Assembly (NCBI GenBank): GCA_013314775.1
Contig: JABUFB010000002.1
Location: 122,576 to 186,575 of the forward strand
DNA from: Armatimonadota bacterium
GTDB taxonomy: Bacteria; Armatimonadota; Zipacnadia; Zipacnadales; JABUFB01
Direction of reading: 5' to 3'
Length of the DNA: 64,000 nucleotides
The translations under genes and the position numbers were made by a program. Below are positions 36,355-46,598 of this stretch, piece by piece; the first letter of the stretch is position 1, and every line of letters starts with the position of its first letter. The notes below the pieces were generated by a model. That model searched no databases and was not told the origin of the DNA. It was given only the letters and a program-made list of their open reading frames with translations.

Positions 36355-37284
36355 GTGCCGGCAGTAGCTCTTCGCCGATCCCACAAGAAACGCCGCCTGA
36401 ATCACGCGACGCACCCGGAGGTACCCGACATCATGCAGTTCCAGTTGCCTACGATCCACATTGAGAGCCAGACCCTGGCGGAAGGCTGGGAGAAGGCCGT
36501 CCTTGCCACCTGGGAGCGGGGTGCGCGCATTGCCACCCAGTATGACCAGCCCGGCGACCCGGAGAGCCGCGATGCTTCCCTCATGCTCGCCGTGGCCGAT
36601 CCCTTCGCCGAGCCCCGAATCCACCGCGCCATGCCCGGCGGCTTCTATGAACTCGAGGTCTACCGCCAGGAGGTCATCGACGGCATCCATGACCACTGGA
36701 TCGCACCCGATGAGGGCAAGTGGCAATACACCTACCACGAGCGCTTTGCCAGGTACACCGTGCCCGGCATCGAACAGCCCATCGACCAGATCCAGTACGT
36801 GGTGGACACGCTCGTTGAAACCCCTCATTCCCGGCGCGCCCAGGCGGTCATCTGGAAAGCCTGGGATGATGCGGGTATCGATCACCCGGCCTGCCTGCAG
36901 CGCCTGTGGTTTCGCATTTTCGATGACGCCCTGGTGCTTGCGGCCCACATGCGCAGCAATGACGCCTTCAAGGCCGCCTTCATGAACATGTACGCCTTCA
37001 CCGATCTGCAGCGAGTGGTGGCAGAAAGGATCAGCGAGCGCCTCGGCCGCCCCATCCGCGTGGGTCAGTACAACCATGTCGTGGACTCATTCCACATCTA
37101 CGGATCGTATTTCGACGAGTTCGAAGGCTTTCTGAAAAGCGTCGCCCAGCGGTCCTGGGAACAGCGCACCTACCGCACTGAGGACGTCCAGATGCTCATC
37201 GACGAGGCGCGCGAGAAGATAGCCGATTCCCTGGCCCGCGAGGCGAGCAAGACGGGTGAAGCACTGCAGGAGGAAGCCCCATGA
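36355..37284 (+). CDS. thymidylate synthase (ThyA)-fold protein, a divergent pyrimidine C5-methylene transferase superfamily member
   Basis: HSRRAQAVIWKAWDD...HPACLQRLWFRIFDDALVLAAHMRSNDAFKAAFMNMYAFTDLQ...VGQYNHVVDSFHIYGSY aligns motif-by-motif with E. coli ThyA DSRRIIVSAWN...[41 protein letters not shown]...DTHLY. The catalytic Cys (PAC), the RS.D motif and an Asn at the N177-equivalent position are all present. An alternative start MQFQLP lies at 36433. Confidence 0.65.
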   Translation: MPAVALRRSHKKRRLNHATHPEVPDIMQFQLPTIHIESQTLAEGWEKAVLATWERGARIATQYDQPGDPESRDASLMLAVADPFAEPRIHRAMPGGFYELEVYRQEVIDGIHDHWIAPDEGKWQYTYHERFARYTVPGIEQPIDQIQYVVDTLVETPHSRRAQAVIWKAWDDAGIDHPACLQRLWFRIFDDALVLAAHMRSNDAFKAAFMNMYAFTDLQRVVAERISERLGRPIRVGQYNHVVDSFHIYGSYFDEFEGFLKSVAQRSWEQRTYRTEDVQMLIDEAREKIADSLAREASKTGEALQEEAP

Positions 37285-38654
37285 AGGCCATCATCCTGGC
37301 CGCGGGAGCAGGCAGCCGCAATTTCCCGTACGAGCTGACGCGCCAAAAGGCCGCCCTGCCCGTTGGCGACACGTACCTTGCGCGCTGGACAGTGGAATGC
37401 CTGAACCGCGCCGGGATTGAAGATGTACTCGTTGTCGTGGGCTACCTGCACGAACGCGTCCGCCACGCGCTGCTTGGCCTGGATGTCGTCTTCGTGCACC
37501 AGAAGGGCGCTACGGGCACCGCCGGAGCGGTCCTGGATGCCCTCGCCATTGCGGGCGAAGACGAGCCGTTCCTGGTCATCTACGGCGACTGTCTGTTCGA
37601 CGAGGAGGGCTTGCGGGGGTTCCTGCAGGCCTTCAAAGATCAGCAGCCTTTCGCAGCAGCCGCATTGTCGCCACTTGGAGAGCGTGACTCGCTCAACTGG
37701 CTCTGTGGATCGTTGTCCGCAAGCGGCGAGCTCACCGGCATTTCTGGTCACCCGCGCGCGGCATCGCACCGTCTGTGCGGGTTGTACGGGTTCTCACCGG
37801 ACTGCGTGCCTTTCATCCGCGCTAACCCGGGCTTCGTAGACTGCGTGAATGTGGGCGGTATGCCGGCGCATGAGGCCGAACTCGCTCAGTCGCTCCAGCT
37901 TGCCATTGATGCCGGGAACTCCGTGATGGCCTGGGAGCATACCGGGCTGTTCGTGGACATCGACAAGCCGTGGCATGTGCTCGAAGCAAACCATGCTTTC
38001 GCGCGGTATCTCTGCGGCCGCCTGACGGACAATCGTATCGCCCCGGATGCGCGCATCCACGACGGCGCGGAGATCAGCGGCTACGTGTGCCTGGGACCGG
38101 GCGCGGTCATCGGCAACCGGGTGGTGATCCAGGGAAACCTCATCGCGGGGGCGGGTAGTCAGATCACCAATGGGGCGATCCTGGGCGGCAACTGCGTGCT
38201 GGGCAGCAAGGTCCGGTGCCGGGACTACTGCCAGGTGGGCGGCGGAGCCTGCGTGGGGTCGGACTCGCTCATCGGCCACGGCGCGGAGCTGGGAGGGGTG
38301 CTGTTCGAGGGCGTCTACCTCTACCACTACTGCGAGATGGCCGGGGTCTTTGGGGCGCGGCATGATGTGGGTGCAGCCACAGTCTGCGGTACCCTGCGCT
38401 TTGACGACGGGAACACGACGCACCTGGTGGCCGGCCGCCGCGAGATCCCGGAAGTCGGCGCGAATGTGGCCTACTTCGGCGATTATACACGCACCGGGGT
38501 GAACGCGATTATCATGCCCGGCGTGAAGGTCGGCGCGTACTCCTGCGTGGGGCCGGGTGTGGTGCAGAGTGAGGATCTGCCCCACAACACCGTGGTGCTC
38601 TTGGAACAGCAGACGGTTCGCAAGGAGTGGGGCCCCAACCGCTATGGCTGGTAG
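37281..38654 (+). CDS. bifunctional-type sugar-1-phosphate nucleotidyltransferase with a C-terminal left-handed beta-helix (hexapeptide-repeat) domain (GlmU-like architecture)
   Basis: MKAIILAAGAGSRNFP...KAALPVGD (the NTP-transferase G-x-G-x-R loop), YGDCLFDEEG. C-terminal hexapeptide repeats GPGAVIGNRVVIQGNLIAGAGSQITNGAILGGNCVLGSKVRCRDYCQVGGGACVGSDSLIGHGAELGG. ATGA overlap with the ThyA-like gene. Confidence 0.8.
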   Translation: MKAIILAAGAGSRNFPYELTRQKAALPVGDTYLARWTVECLNRAGIEDVLVVVGYLHERVRHALLGLDVVFVHQKGATGTAGAVLDALAIAGEDEPFLVIYGDCLFDEEGLRGFLQAFKDQQPFAAAALSPLGERDSLNWLCGSLSASGELTGISGHPRAASHRLCGLYGFSPDCVPFIRANPGFVDCVNVGGMPAHEAELAQSLQLAIDAGNSVMAWEHTGLFVDIDKPWHVLEANHAFARYLCGRLTDNRIAPDARIHDGAEISGYVCLGPGAVIGNRVVIQGNLIAGAGSQITNGAILGGNCVLGSKVRCRDYCQVGGGACVGSDSLIGHGAELGGVLFEGVYLYHYCEMAGVFGARHDVGAATVCGTLRFDDGNTTHLVAGRREIPEVGANVAYFGDYTRTGVNAIIMPGVKVGAYSCVGPGVVQSEDLPHNTVVLLEQQTVRKEWGPNRYGW

Positions 38655-38702
38655 TTAGCCCGGATTCGCCCCGGATTCCGCGAAAAACGAGGCCCGGAAC
38701 CG

Positions 38703-38731
38703 TTGACACTGCACGGGGCCACTGTTATACT
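38703..38731 (+). promoter_or_regulatory. near-consensus sigma70 promoter (TTGACA-17-TATACT) ahead of a ~380-nt leader and guaA
   Basis: ccgTTGACActgcacggggccactgtTATACTcgc. The -35 is 6/6, the spacer 17 nt, the -10 5/6. Confidence 0.6.
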
Positions 38732-39118
38732 CGCTAAGTAGCTCGTAAGTCCCCAGTGCTGTCCGAAGATTTCCCGAGCGCGCAACGCTCCTTGATTCCG
38801 ACAGAAGCCTCCGGCACGTGTCCTGGTGGGGCAGGGCCGTACAGGCACGGATCACGTGCACTGATGATAACCCCGGGTAGAACACGTCAGGAGATCGCTC
38901 CGCACGCCGGTGTGCTAACGGCGGCGTTCCGCCACAGTGCAGCCGAGGCCGGCAGACCAGACGGTGAGTGTGGATCGGGAACCTGAGTCAAGCGCAGCAT
39001 ACGGCGGCCTGTCACGGACCGTCACGAGGGCAATCAACCATTATCGGCGCCTTTCGCAGGCAATCCTCCATCGTATCGCCCGCATTCCATGAATCCCGCG
39101 CAGGACAGGTAAACGGCC

Positions 39119-40678
<1,560 letters not shown>

Positions 40679-40683
40679 ATCCC

Positions 40684-41238
40684 GTGTCTGCCGCCGACGT
40701 ACCCGACGATGTCGAACGCATCTTGCTGGACGAGGGCACCCTTGCCCGTCGCGTGGGCGAGTTGGCCCTGCAGATCAGCGCCGATTATCAAGGCCGTGAT
40801 CTGGTCCTGCTCGGCGTACTCAAGGGCGCCGTGGTCTTCCTGGCTGATCTCATGCGCGCGATGACTGTCCCCGTTGCGGTAGAGTTCGTGTCGGCTGCAA
40901 GCTACGGCGATTCAACGAGTTCCTCAGGCGAAGTGACTCTGAAACTCGGCGAATGCACGGATCTCCGCGGCCGGGATGTGCTTATCGTCGAAGACATCGT
41001 GGACACCGGTCAGACTCTGAGCCGCCTGGCACATGAAGTCGCGGGGATGGGACCTGCGTCGCTGAGGATCTGCTGCCTGCTGGACAAGCCCTCGCGCCGC
41101 AAGACAGATCTGAAGCCTGACTATACCGGCTTCGAGATCCCTGACCTGTTCGTCGTGGGGTATGGCCTGGACTTCGCCCAGAAACACCGGGACCTCCCAT
41201 ACGTTGCTGTTCTGAAACCCCAGGCCTACCGTCAGTAG
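40684..41238 (+). CDS. hpt: hypoxanthine-guanine phosphoribosyltransferase
   Basis: ILLDEGTLARRVGELALQISADYQGRDLVLLGVLKGAVVFLADLMRA and VLIVEDIVDTGQTL (PRPP-binding loop). The start is taken at the GTG at 40684 to avoid overlap with guaA. The ORF track starts at 40669. Confidence 0.9.
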   Translation: MSAADVPDDVERILLDEGTLARRVGELALQISADYQGRDLVLLGVLKGAVVFLADLMRAMTVPVAVEFVSAASYGDSTSSSGEVTLKLGECTDLRGRDVLIVEDIVDTGQTLSRLAHEVAGMGPASLRICCLLDKPSRRKTDLKPDYTGFEIPDLFVVGYGLDFAQKHRDLPYVAVLKPQAYRQ

Positions 41239-41315
41239 GGGCATTGGCGCCCAACTACCTTACTTGTCGCGAGCGGGGCTTTGCTCCGCAATCTATCGAG
41301 AGCTGTGGTGCACCC

Positions 41316-42581
41316 ATGTTGGAACTTGCCGAACTTCAGCGGAAGACCGTTGATGAACTGCGTCAGATCGCCGCACAGATGAGCATCCCGGGGTACTCTT
41401 CGGCGAAGAAGCAAGATCTGTGCATGAAGCTGCTCGTGGCCCAGAGCGAGAGGAACGGCCACAGCTATCGCTACGGGGTGCTCGAGGCCCTTCCCGACGG
41501 CCGCGGGATTCTGCGCGCCGACGGGTACACGCCTAATCCTGAGATGGACGTGTATGTGGCCGAAACCCAGATCAAGCGATTTGACCTGCGATATGGGGAC
41601 CTTGTAAGCGGCCCCGTGCGCCCGCCCAAGGACACCGAGCGCTACTGGTCACTGCTGCGGGTGCAGACCATCAACGGTGAGCCGCCGGAGAAGCTCAAGG
41701 GCCGGCCGCATTTCGAGGACTTGACCCCGGTCTACCCGCAAGAGCGCATTCGGCTGGAGACCGAATCGCCCTCGAACATTACCGGCCGCATGCTTGACCT
41801 GATCACGCCTATCGGCCGGGGCCAGCGCGGGCTCATCATTGCCCCGCCCAAGGCCGGCAAGACGACGATCATCAAGCAGATTGCTAACTGCATCACGGAG
41901 AACTATGACGACCTGCGCCTCATGGTGCTGCTCATCGACGAGCGCCCCGAAGAGGTTACGGATATCGCGCGCTCCGTCGACGGCGAAGTCATTAGCTCGA
42001 CTTTCGACGAGCTTCCCGAGAACCACCTGCGGGTGGCCGAGACCGTCATGGCCCGGGCAAAGCGCCTGGTCGAGATGGGCGAAGACGTGGTCATCCTCCT
42101 GGACAGCATCACCCGCCTTGCCCGCGCCAGCAATCTGACTGTGGACCCAAGCGGACGCACCCTGTCCGGGGGTCTGGACCCCACCGCCCTGTATCGGCCA
42201 AAGAGGTTCTTCGGCGCCGCCCGGAATATCGAGCACGGTGGCAGCCTCACCATCCTTGCGACCATTCTCATCGAGACCGGCAGCCGCATGGATGAAATGA
42301 TCTATGAGGAGTTCAAGGCCACGGGCAACCTGGACCTGGTCTTGTCTCGCGAACTTGCCAACCGTGGCACATTCCCCGCGGTGGACATCCAGAAGTCCAA
42401 TACCCGCCACCAGGAGCTGCTGTTCAACGACGACGAAATGCAGAATGTCTGGCAGCTTCGCCGGGCGCTCAACGTGATGGATACCACCGACGCCACCGAG
42501 ACCCTCCTGCAGGGCCTGCGCCGCACCAAGACTAATCAGGAGTTCCTGGCCATGGCCGCCCATTCGTTCAAGCGGCGGTAA
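41316..42581 (+). CDS. rho: transcription termination factor Rho
   Basis: MLELAELQRKTVDELRQIAAQM (N-terminal helix bundle), the CSD-like RNA-binding region, and the RecA-like core (GQRGLIIAPPKAGKTT, LMVLLIDERPEEVTD, VILLDSITRLARA, FFGAARNIEHGGSLTILATILIETGSRMDEMIYEEFKATGN). Confidence 0.95.
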   Translation: MLELAELQRKTVDELRQIAAQMSIPGYSSAKKQDLCMKLLVAQSERNGHSYRYGVLEALPDGRGILRADGYTPNPEMDVYVAETQIKRFDLRYGDLVSGPVRPPKDTERYWSLLRVQTINGEPPEKLKGRPHFEDLTPVYPQERIRLETESPSNITGRMLDLITPIGRGQRGLIIAPPKAGKTTIIKQIANCITENYDDLRLMVLLIDERPEEVTDIARSVDGEVISSTFDELPENHLRVAETVMARAKRLVEMGEDVVILLDSITRLARASNLTVDPSGRTLSGGLDPTALYRPKRFFGAARNIEHGGSLTILATILIETGSRMDEMIYEEFKATGNLDLVLSRELANRGTFPAVDIQKSNTRHQELLFNDDEMQNVWQLRRALNVMDTTDATETLLQGLRRTKTNQEFLAMAAHSFKRR

Positions 42582-42675
42582 TGCGCGGGGCCGCACTGGC
42601 GACTCGGGCAGGTGTTCACCGCCATTTGTCGAATCTTTGATCGTGAAGAACTATTCTGGAGCGAGCGAGGACGCG

Positions 42676-43485
42676 ATGATACACCGCGGCGCGGCACGCC
42701 AACCCAGATACCCGCTTTGTGCCCTCGCCTTCTTTGTCCTGGCGGTGTGCATCCTCGCGGGGTGCAGGCCAACGCCGCCTGCGGAGAAGCCCGTGGACAT
42801 CGACGCACTGCGTTCGGAAATTCGGTCGATCGAGTTTATTAATGACCTGTCGCTGTCTCGGGAGCAGGTCGAGCGTCTCATCGACGCGCTCGAGAAAGTC
42901 GACGCCACACTTCAGGCCACGCGAGAGACCCGCAAGGCCACCGAAGCCGAACTCTTGCCCCTGCTGCAGCAGCGGCGGAAGGCGTTGATCGCAGGCGAAG
43001 ACGTCTCCGAGGAAGTCAAGCGAGGGATCGTCGCGCTCGAGACGCGTCTGGACGGCGAGCCGTGGCTCGGTGCTGGTGGTGAAAGCGCACTCGCCAAAGA
43101 GTTGCGCGGCATCCTGTCGGAGGACCAACTACGGATCGCGTCGGGTGCTGGACAGGCGCGTGCGGACGCCCTTGAGATGCTCGACGGTTTCCGCAGCCTG
43201 ACTCAGGAGGATTTCGACGCCGAGATTGGCCCCTTCGCTGCCAACCTCGCCGCCGACTCCAAGGGCCTCACGGCGAACCAGATTGAGGCGCTTTTCCGAG
43301 AGGCCCGGACCTTCAGCGATGACGAATACGCCACCGCCAGGGTCAAGATGGCCGAACAACTCGAGCCCGCCTTCCTGCCCGTGGGCGAGACGGCCGACTG
43401 GTTGCTTGCCCAGTCTTTCGCAGATCCACATATCCTGCCACTGCTGCGCGAGAAGGCCGCCGCCATGGACCGGGCTTCGGGGTAG
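42676..43485 (+). CDS. lipoprotein, alpha-helical, function unknown
   Basis: MIHRGAARQPRYPLCALAFFVLAVCILAGC (signal peptide plus lipobox). The ORF track starts earlier, at 42637. Confidence 0.55.
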   Translation: MIHRGAARQPRYPLCALAFFVLAVCILAGCRPTPPAEKPVDIDALRSEIRSIEFINDLSLSREQVERLIDALEKVDATLQATRETRKATEAELLPLLQQRRKALIAGEDVSEEVKRGIVALETRLDGEPWLGAGGESALAKELRGILSEDQLRIASGAGQARADALEMLDGFRSLTQEDFDAEIGPFAANLAADSKGLTANQIEALFREARTFSDDEYATARVKMAEQLEPAFLPVGETADWLLAQSFADPHILPLLREKAAAMDRASG

Positions 43486-43563
43486 CGCAGGCTCCGTCTT
43501 GTGCCCGAGTAGACTGAAGCGCCAATCTTCGGCACCCGCGGATGCCCCGGGAGGCCTCCGGTC

Positions 43564-44730
43564 GTGCGAGTCGCCATCTTCACGAACACCTATCACCCGA
43601 CCCTCAACGGTGTCGCTAATTGTGTCGAGGCTTACCGGGTGGGTCTTGAAAACCGTGGGCATCAGGTTTTTATCTTCGCCCCCGCGCCCGACGACTATGA
43701 TGTCTCCCTGGACCACGAGCGCGTGAGCCGTTTCCCCTCGGTTCCGCTGCCCGGCGACTGGGACTACGACATCGCCGTCCCCTATTCCAGACCGGTTCTG
43801 GACGCCTTGAAGCGGGTGGAGTTCGATCTCGTGCACACCCAGCATCCGGTCTGGGTCGGAGTCTGGGGACAGTGGTTCGCGCAGTGGGTGGGCCTGCCGC
43901 TGGTCACTACGGTGCATACCGAATATGAGCTGTACAAGCAGCTCGTGCCGCTGCCGGAACAGCTTGTCGAGGCATACCTCAAGACCCGCGTCACCACCTA
44001 CTGCAACAAGTGTCACATGATCACCACGCCGGTCCCGTCCACCCGCGCCCGCCTGCGGCAACAGGGGATCACCACGCCCATCGAGATCCTGCCCAATCCT
44101 ATTGACCTGAGCGCCCTGCCCGTGCCTGAACCCGGGCCGGTGCGCGAGCGTTTCGGCCTGAAAGACCGCTTCGTCATGGGGTTCATCGGGCGCCTTGCCC
44201 CCGAGAAGAGCCTTGATGTGGTCCTGAGAGCCGCCGCGATTGTCATGGCGCAGGTTCGAAATGCCCATTTTCTGATGGTGGGCAGCGGCGCCGAGGCCAA
44301 GCCTCTGCAGACCCTCGCGAAGGAACTGGGCATTGCAGACCGGGTCACCTTCGCCGGCGCGGTGCCACATTCCGATGTCGCACACTATCAGGCGGCCCTG
44401 GACGTGTTCATGACCGCCAGCATGAGCGAGACGCAGCCGCTGTCTTACACCGAAGCCATGGCAGTGGGTACGCCACTGGTGGCCGTCCGGGCCCCCGGCG
44501 CTCAGGATATGGTGGACCACGGGGAGAATGGATTGCTCAGCTCCCCGGAGAGCGGGCCGGAAGGTCTAGCCGAGCAGGTCATGGCCCTGCACAACGATCC
44601 GGGCTTGCGAGACAGGATCGTCCGCACTGCCCGGGAGCGCGTGCAGCGATATGACATCTCCGCCGTGACGGATAAGCTGCTGGAAGTATACGACCGGGCC
44701 GCATCAATCTGCAGGCTGGAACGCCGCTGA
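43564..44730 (+). CDS. glycosyltransferase family 4 (GT-B fold)
   Basis: VRVAIFTNTYHPTLNGVANCV (N-terminal GT4 domain). C-terminal ...GFIGRLAPEKSLDVVL...FLMVGSG...TFAGAV...ASMSETQPLSYTEAMAVGTPLVAV contains the E-x7-E-like motif region. Confidence 0.85.
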   Translation: MRVAIFTNTYHPTLNGVANCVEAYRVGLENRGHQVFIFAPAPDDYDVSLDHERVSRFPSVPLPGDWDYDIAVPYSRPVLDALKRVEFDLVHTQHPVWVGVWGQWFAQWVGLPLVTTVHTEYELYKQLVPLPEQLVEAYLKTRVTTYCNKCHMITTPVPSTRARLRQQGITTPIEILPNPIDLSALPVPEPGPVRERFGLKDRFVMGFIGRLAPEKSLDVVLRAAAIVMAQVRNAHFLMVGSGAEAKPLQTLAKELGIADRVTFAGAVPHSDVAHYQAALDVFMTASMSETQPLSYTEAMAVGTPLVAVRAPGAQDMVDHGENGLLSSPESGPEGLAEQVMALHNDPGLRDRIVRTARERVQRYDISAVTDKLLEVYDRAASICRLERR

Positions 44731-44825
44731 GTCCGGCCCACGGAAGTCCCTGCGTTCCGACGCAGTCTCAATATCACATGGTTTGAGTCATTCAACCAGA
44801 CCCAATCTATCGAGGGGCGATTGTC

Positions 44826-45830
44826 TTGCAAAGCGTCATCAACTCCATCCGCGAGCGTGCCGTCCGATACCACAAGCGCATTGCACTTCCGGAGACCGAC
44901 TGCGACCGCACACTGCAGGCCGCCCTCACCGCTCAGGAGGCCAGGCTTGCTGAAGTCGTCCTTGTCGGCTCACCCAAGTATGTCGAGACCCGCGGTAAGC
45001 ATCTCGGACTGGATCTCACATCCCTCGAAGTCATTGACCCCGAGGATCCGCAGGTGCGTCAGGAATGTGCGGCCACCTACTACGAGGCGCGCAAGGACAA
45101 GGGCCTGACGGAAGAGGAAGCGTACGAGGCCGTTGCAGACCCGCTCTACTGCGCCGCCGCACTCTTGAAGCAGGGCAAGGTAGACGGCAGCGTCGCGGGG
45201 CGTCTCAACTCCACCGCCAATGTCCTGCGGGCCCTGCTGCGCATCGTCGGCACGCGTGAGGGCTGCAATACGGTCTCAAGTTGCTTCATCATGACCACTC
45301 CACAGCGCCATCTGGGCAAGAACGGCATGTTCATCTTTGCCGACGCGGGCGTGGTGCCCCAGCCCACCGCCGACCAGCTTGCGGATATCGCCATCAGCAC
45401 CGCCGACAGCGCCCGTCTCTATTTCGAGGTGGAACCGCGCGTGGCCATGCTGTCGTTCTCAACTAAGGGAAGCGCGACCCATCCGGACGTGGACAAGGTC
45501 GTCGAGGCCACCCGTCTGGCCCAAAGCCGCCGACCGGACCTGCTGATCGAGGGCGAACTGCAGGGCGATGCGGCAATTATCCCTGAAGTGGCCGCCCAGA
45601 AGTGCCCGGGCGACAAGCTACAGGGGACTGCCAACGTCCTGATCTTTCCCGATCTGGATGCCGGGAACATCGCCTACAAGCTGGTGCAGAGACTCACCGG
45701 CGGCGAGGCCTACGGCCCATTGGTTCAGGGACTGGCCAAGCCCGGCCTGGACCTGTCCCGGGGTTCCACCGCCGACGAGATCGTCAACGTCATTGCCATT
45801 GCCGCCCTGCGCGCAGGCGCGGGAATCTAA
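44826..45830 (+). CDS. pta: phosphate acetyltransferase / phosphotransacetylase (PTA_PTB family)
   Basis: IRERAVRYHKRIALPETDCDRTLQAA ... VDGSVAGRLNSTANVLRALLRIVG ... NVLIFPDLDAGNIAYKLVQRL. TTG start in the ORF track, so the exact start is uncertain. Confidence 0.85.
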   Translation: MQSVINSIRERAVRYHKRIALPETDCDRTLQAALTAQEARLAEVVLVGSPKYVETRGKHLGLDLTSLEVIDPEDPQVRQECAATYYEARKDKGLTEEEAYEAVADPLYCAAALLKQGKVDGSVAGRLNSTANVLRALLRIVGTREGCNTVSSCFIMTTPQRHLGKNGMFIFADAGVVPQPTADQLADIAISTADSARLYFEVEPRVAMLSFSTKGSATHPDVDKVVEATRLAQSRRPDLLIEGELQGDAAIIPEVAAQKCPGDKLQGTANVLIFPDLDAGNIAYKLVQRLTGGEAYGPLVQGLAKPGLDLSRGSTADEIVNVIAIAALRAGAGI

Positions 45831-45857
45831 CCGAACACGAAGGAGTTGGATGAGATG

Positions 45858-46523
45858 CGCGCGCTGCTGCTCGTGGTCATGCTGGTGTGGGTCATTCTGC
45901 CATGCAGTGCCGCCACAATCGCCGAGGAGTATCAAGCGGCCTCCGCCCTCGTAGCGCAGGGGAAGCTTGCCGACGCCGTTCCCGCCCTGTCCCGCATCCT
46001 TGCCCTCGCTGCTGAGAAGGGCTGGGATAAGCTGGACACCGCCGAGTTGATGCAGGTGGCAGGGGCTCACAGCCTGCTCATGGCGCACCTGTACGGCATG
46101 GCGCTGGAGAGACCGGACATCACCGCGGAACAGAAGGCCAAGGCCACGCGCCTGAGCGAAGTCGCTCTTGGGCAGGAGGACATCCGGGTCGTCGCGCACG
46201 GGGAAGAGGTGGACCTGGAGAAGCTGCTGATCCCGGGGAAGACCAATATCGTGGACTTCTTCAGTCTGTACTGTGGCCCGTGCGTCAGCTTGGGCGCGTA
46301 CATCGACAAACTGACCGAGTTGCGCGAAGACATCGTGCTGATCAAGGTGGACATCAACCGGCCGGGACACAAAGGCATCGACTGGGGATCACCGACCGCG
46401 CAGCAGTTCGGCCTGCAGTCCATCCCGCACCTGCGGGTCTACGGACCTGATGGGAAGCTGCAAGCGGAGGGGCAGGAAGCACGTGCGTGGGTGATGGAGC
46501 AGATCCAGAGCGCCGGGCTGTAA
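45858..46523 (+). CDS. secreted thioredoxin-fold protein (CGPC active site) with an N-terminal helical (TPR-like) domain
   Basis: MRALLLVVMLVWVILPCSAA signal peptide. ...NIVDFFSLYCGPCVSLG... is the thioredoxin WCGPC-type motif. Confidence 0.7.
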   Translation, partial: RALLLVVMLVWVILPCSAATIAEEYQAASALVAQGKLADAVPALSRILALAAEKGWDKLDTAELMQVAGAHSLLMAHLYGMALERPDITAEQKAKATRLSEVALGQEDIRVVAHGEEVDLEKLLIPGKTNIVDFFSLYCGPCVSLGAYIDKLTELREDIVLIKVDINRPGHKGIDWGSPTAQQFGLQSIPHLRVYGPDGKLQAEGQEARAWVMEQIQSAGL

Positions 46524-46551
46524 CGCCGCAGTGTGACTGGAGATAGCAAAC

Positions 46552-46578
46552 GGGCCGCCTTCGCGCTGAAGGCGGCCC
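46552..46578. terminator. bidirectional terminator hairpin between convergent genes
   Basis: GGGCCGCCTTC-gcgct-GAAGGCGGCCC is a perfect 11-bp stem. No strong U-tract on either side. Confidence 0.45.
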
Positions 46579-46598
46579 GTGGAGTATACGGCGGCCGG

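Noticed and set aside
38756-38986. 76-aa ORF inside the guaA leader
   Set aside because: No Shine-Dalgarno, GTG start, Gly/Arg/Ala-biased sequence. More likely non-coding leader.
38740-39118. Possible RNase P RNA or purine riboswitch in the guaA leader
   Set aside because: Local resemblances (AAGUCC, GGGCAGGG, ACAGAAGCC) do not extend to the RNase P conserved P4/P10-12 cores. The purine-riboswitch (UAUA..GGAUAUGGC..CUACC) and ZTP (..CCGCCUGGGCA) cores are absent. Kept only as an unknown leader, covered in the findings.
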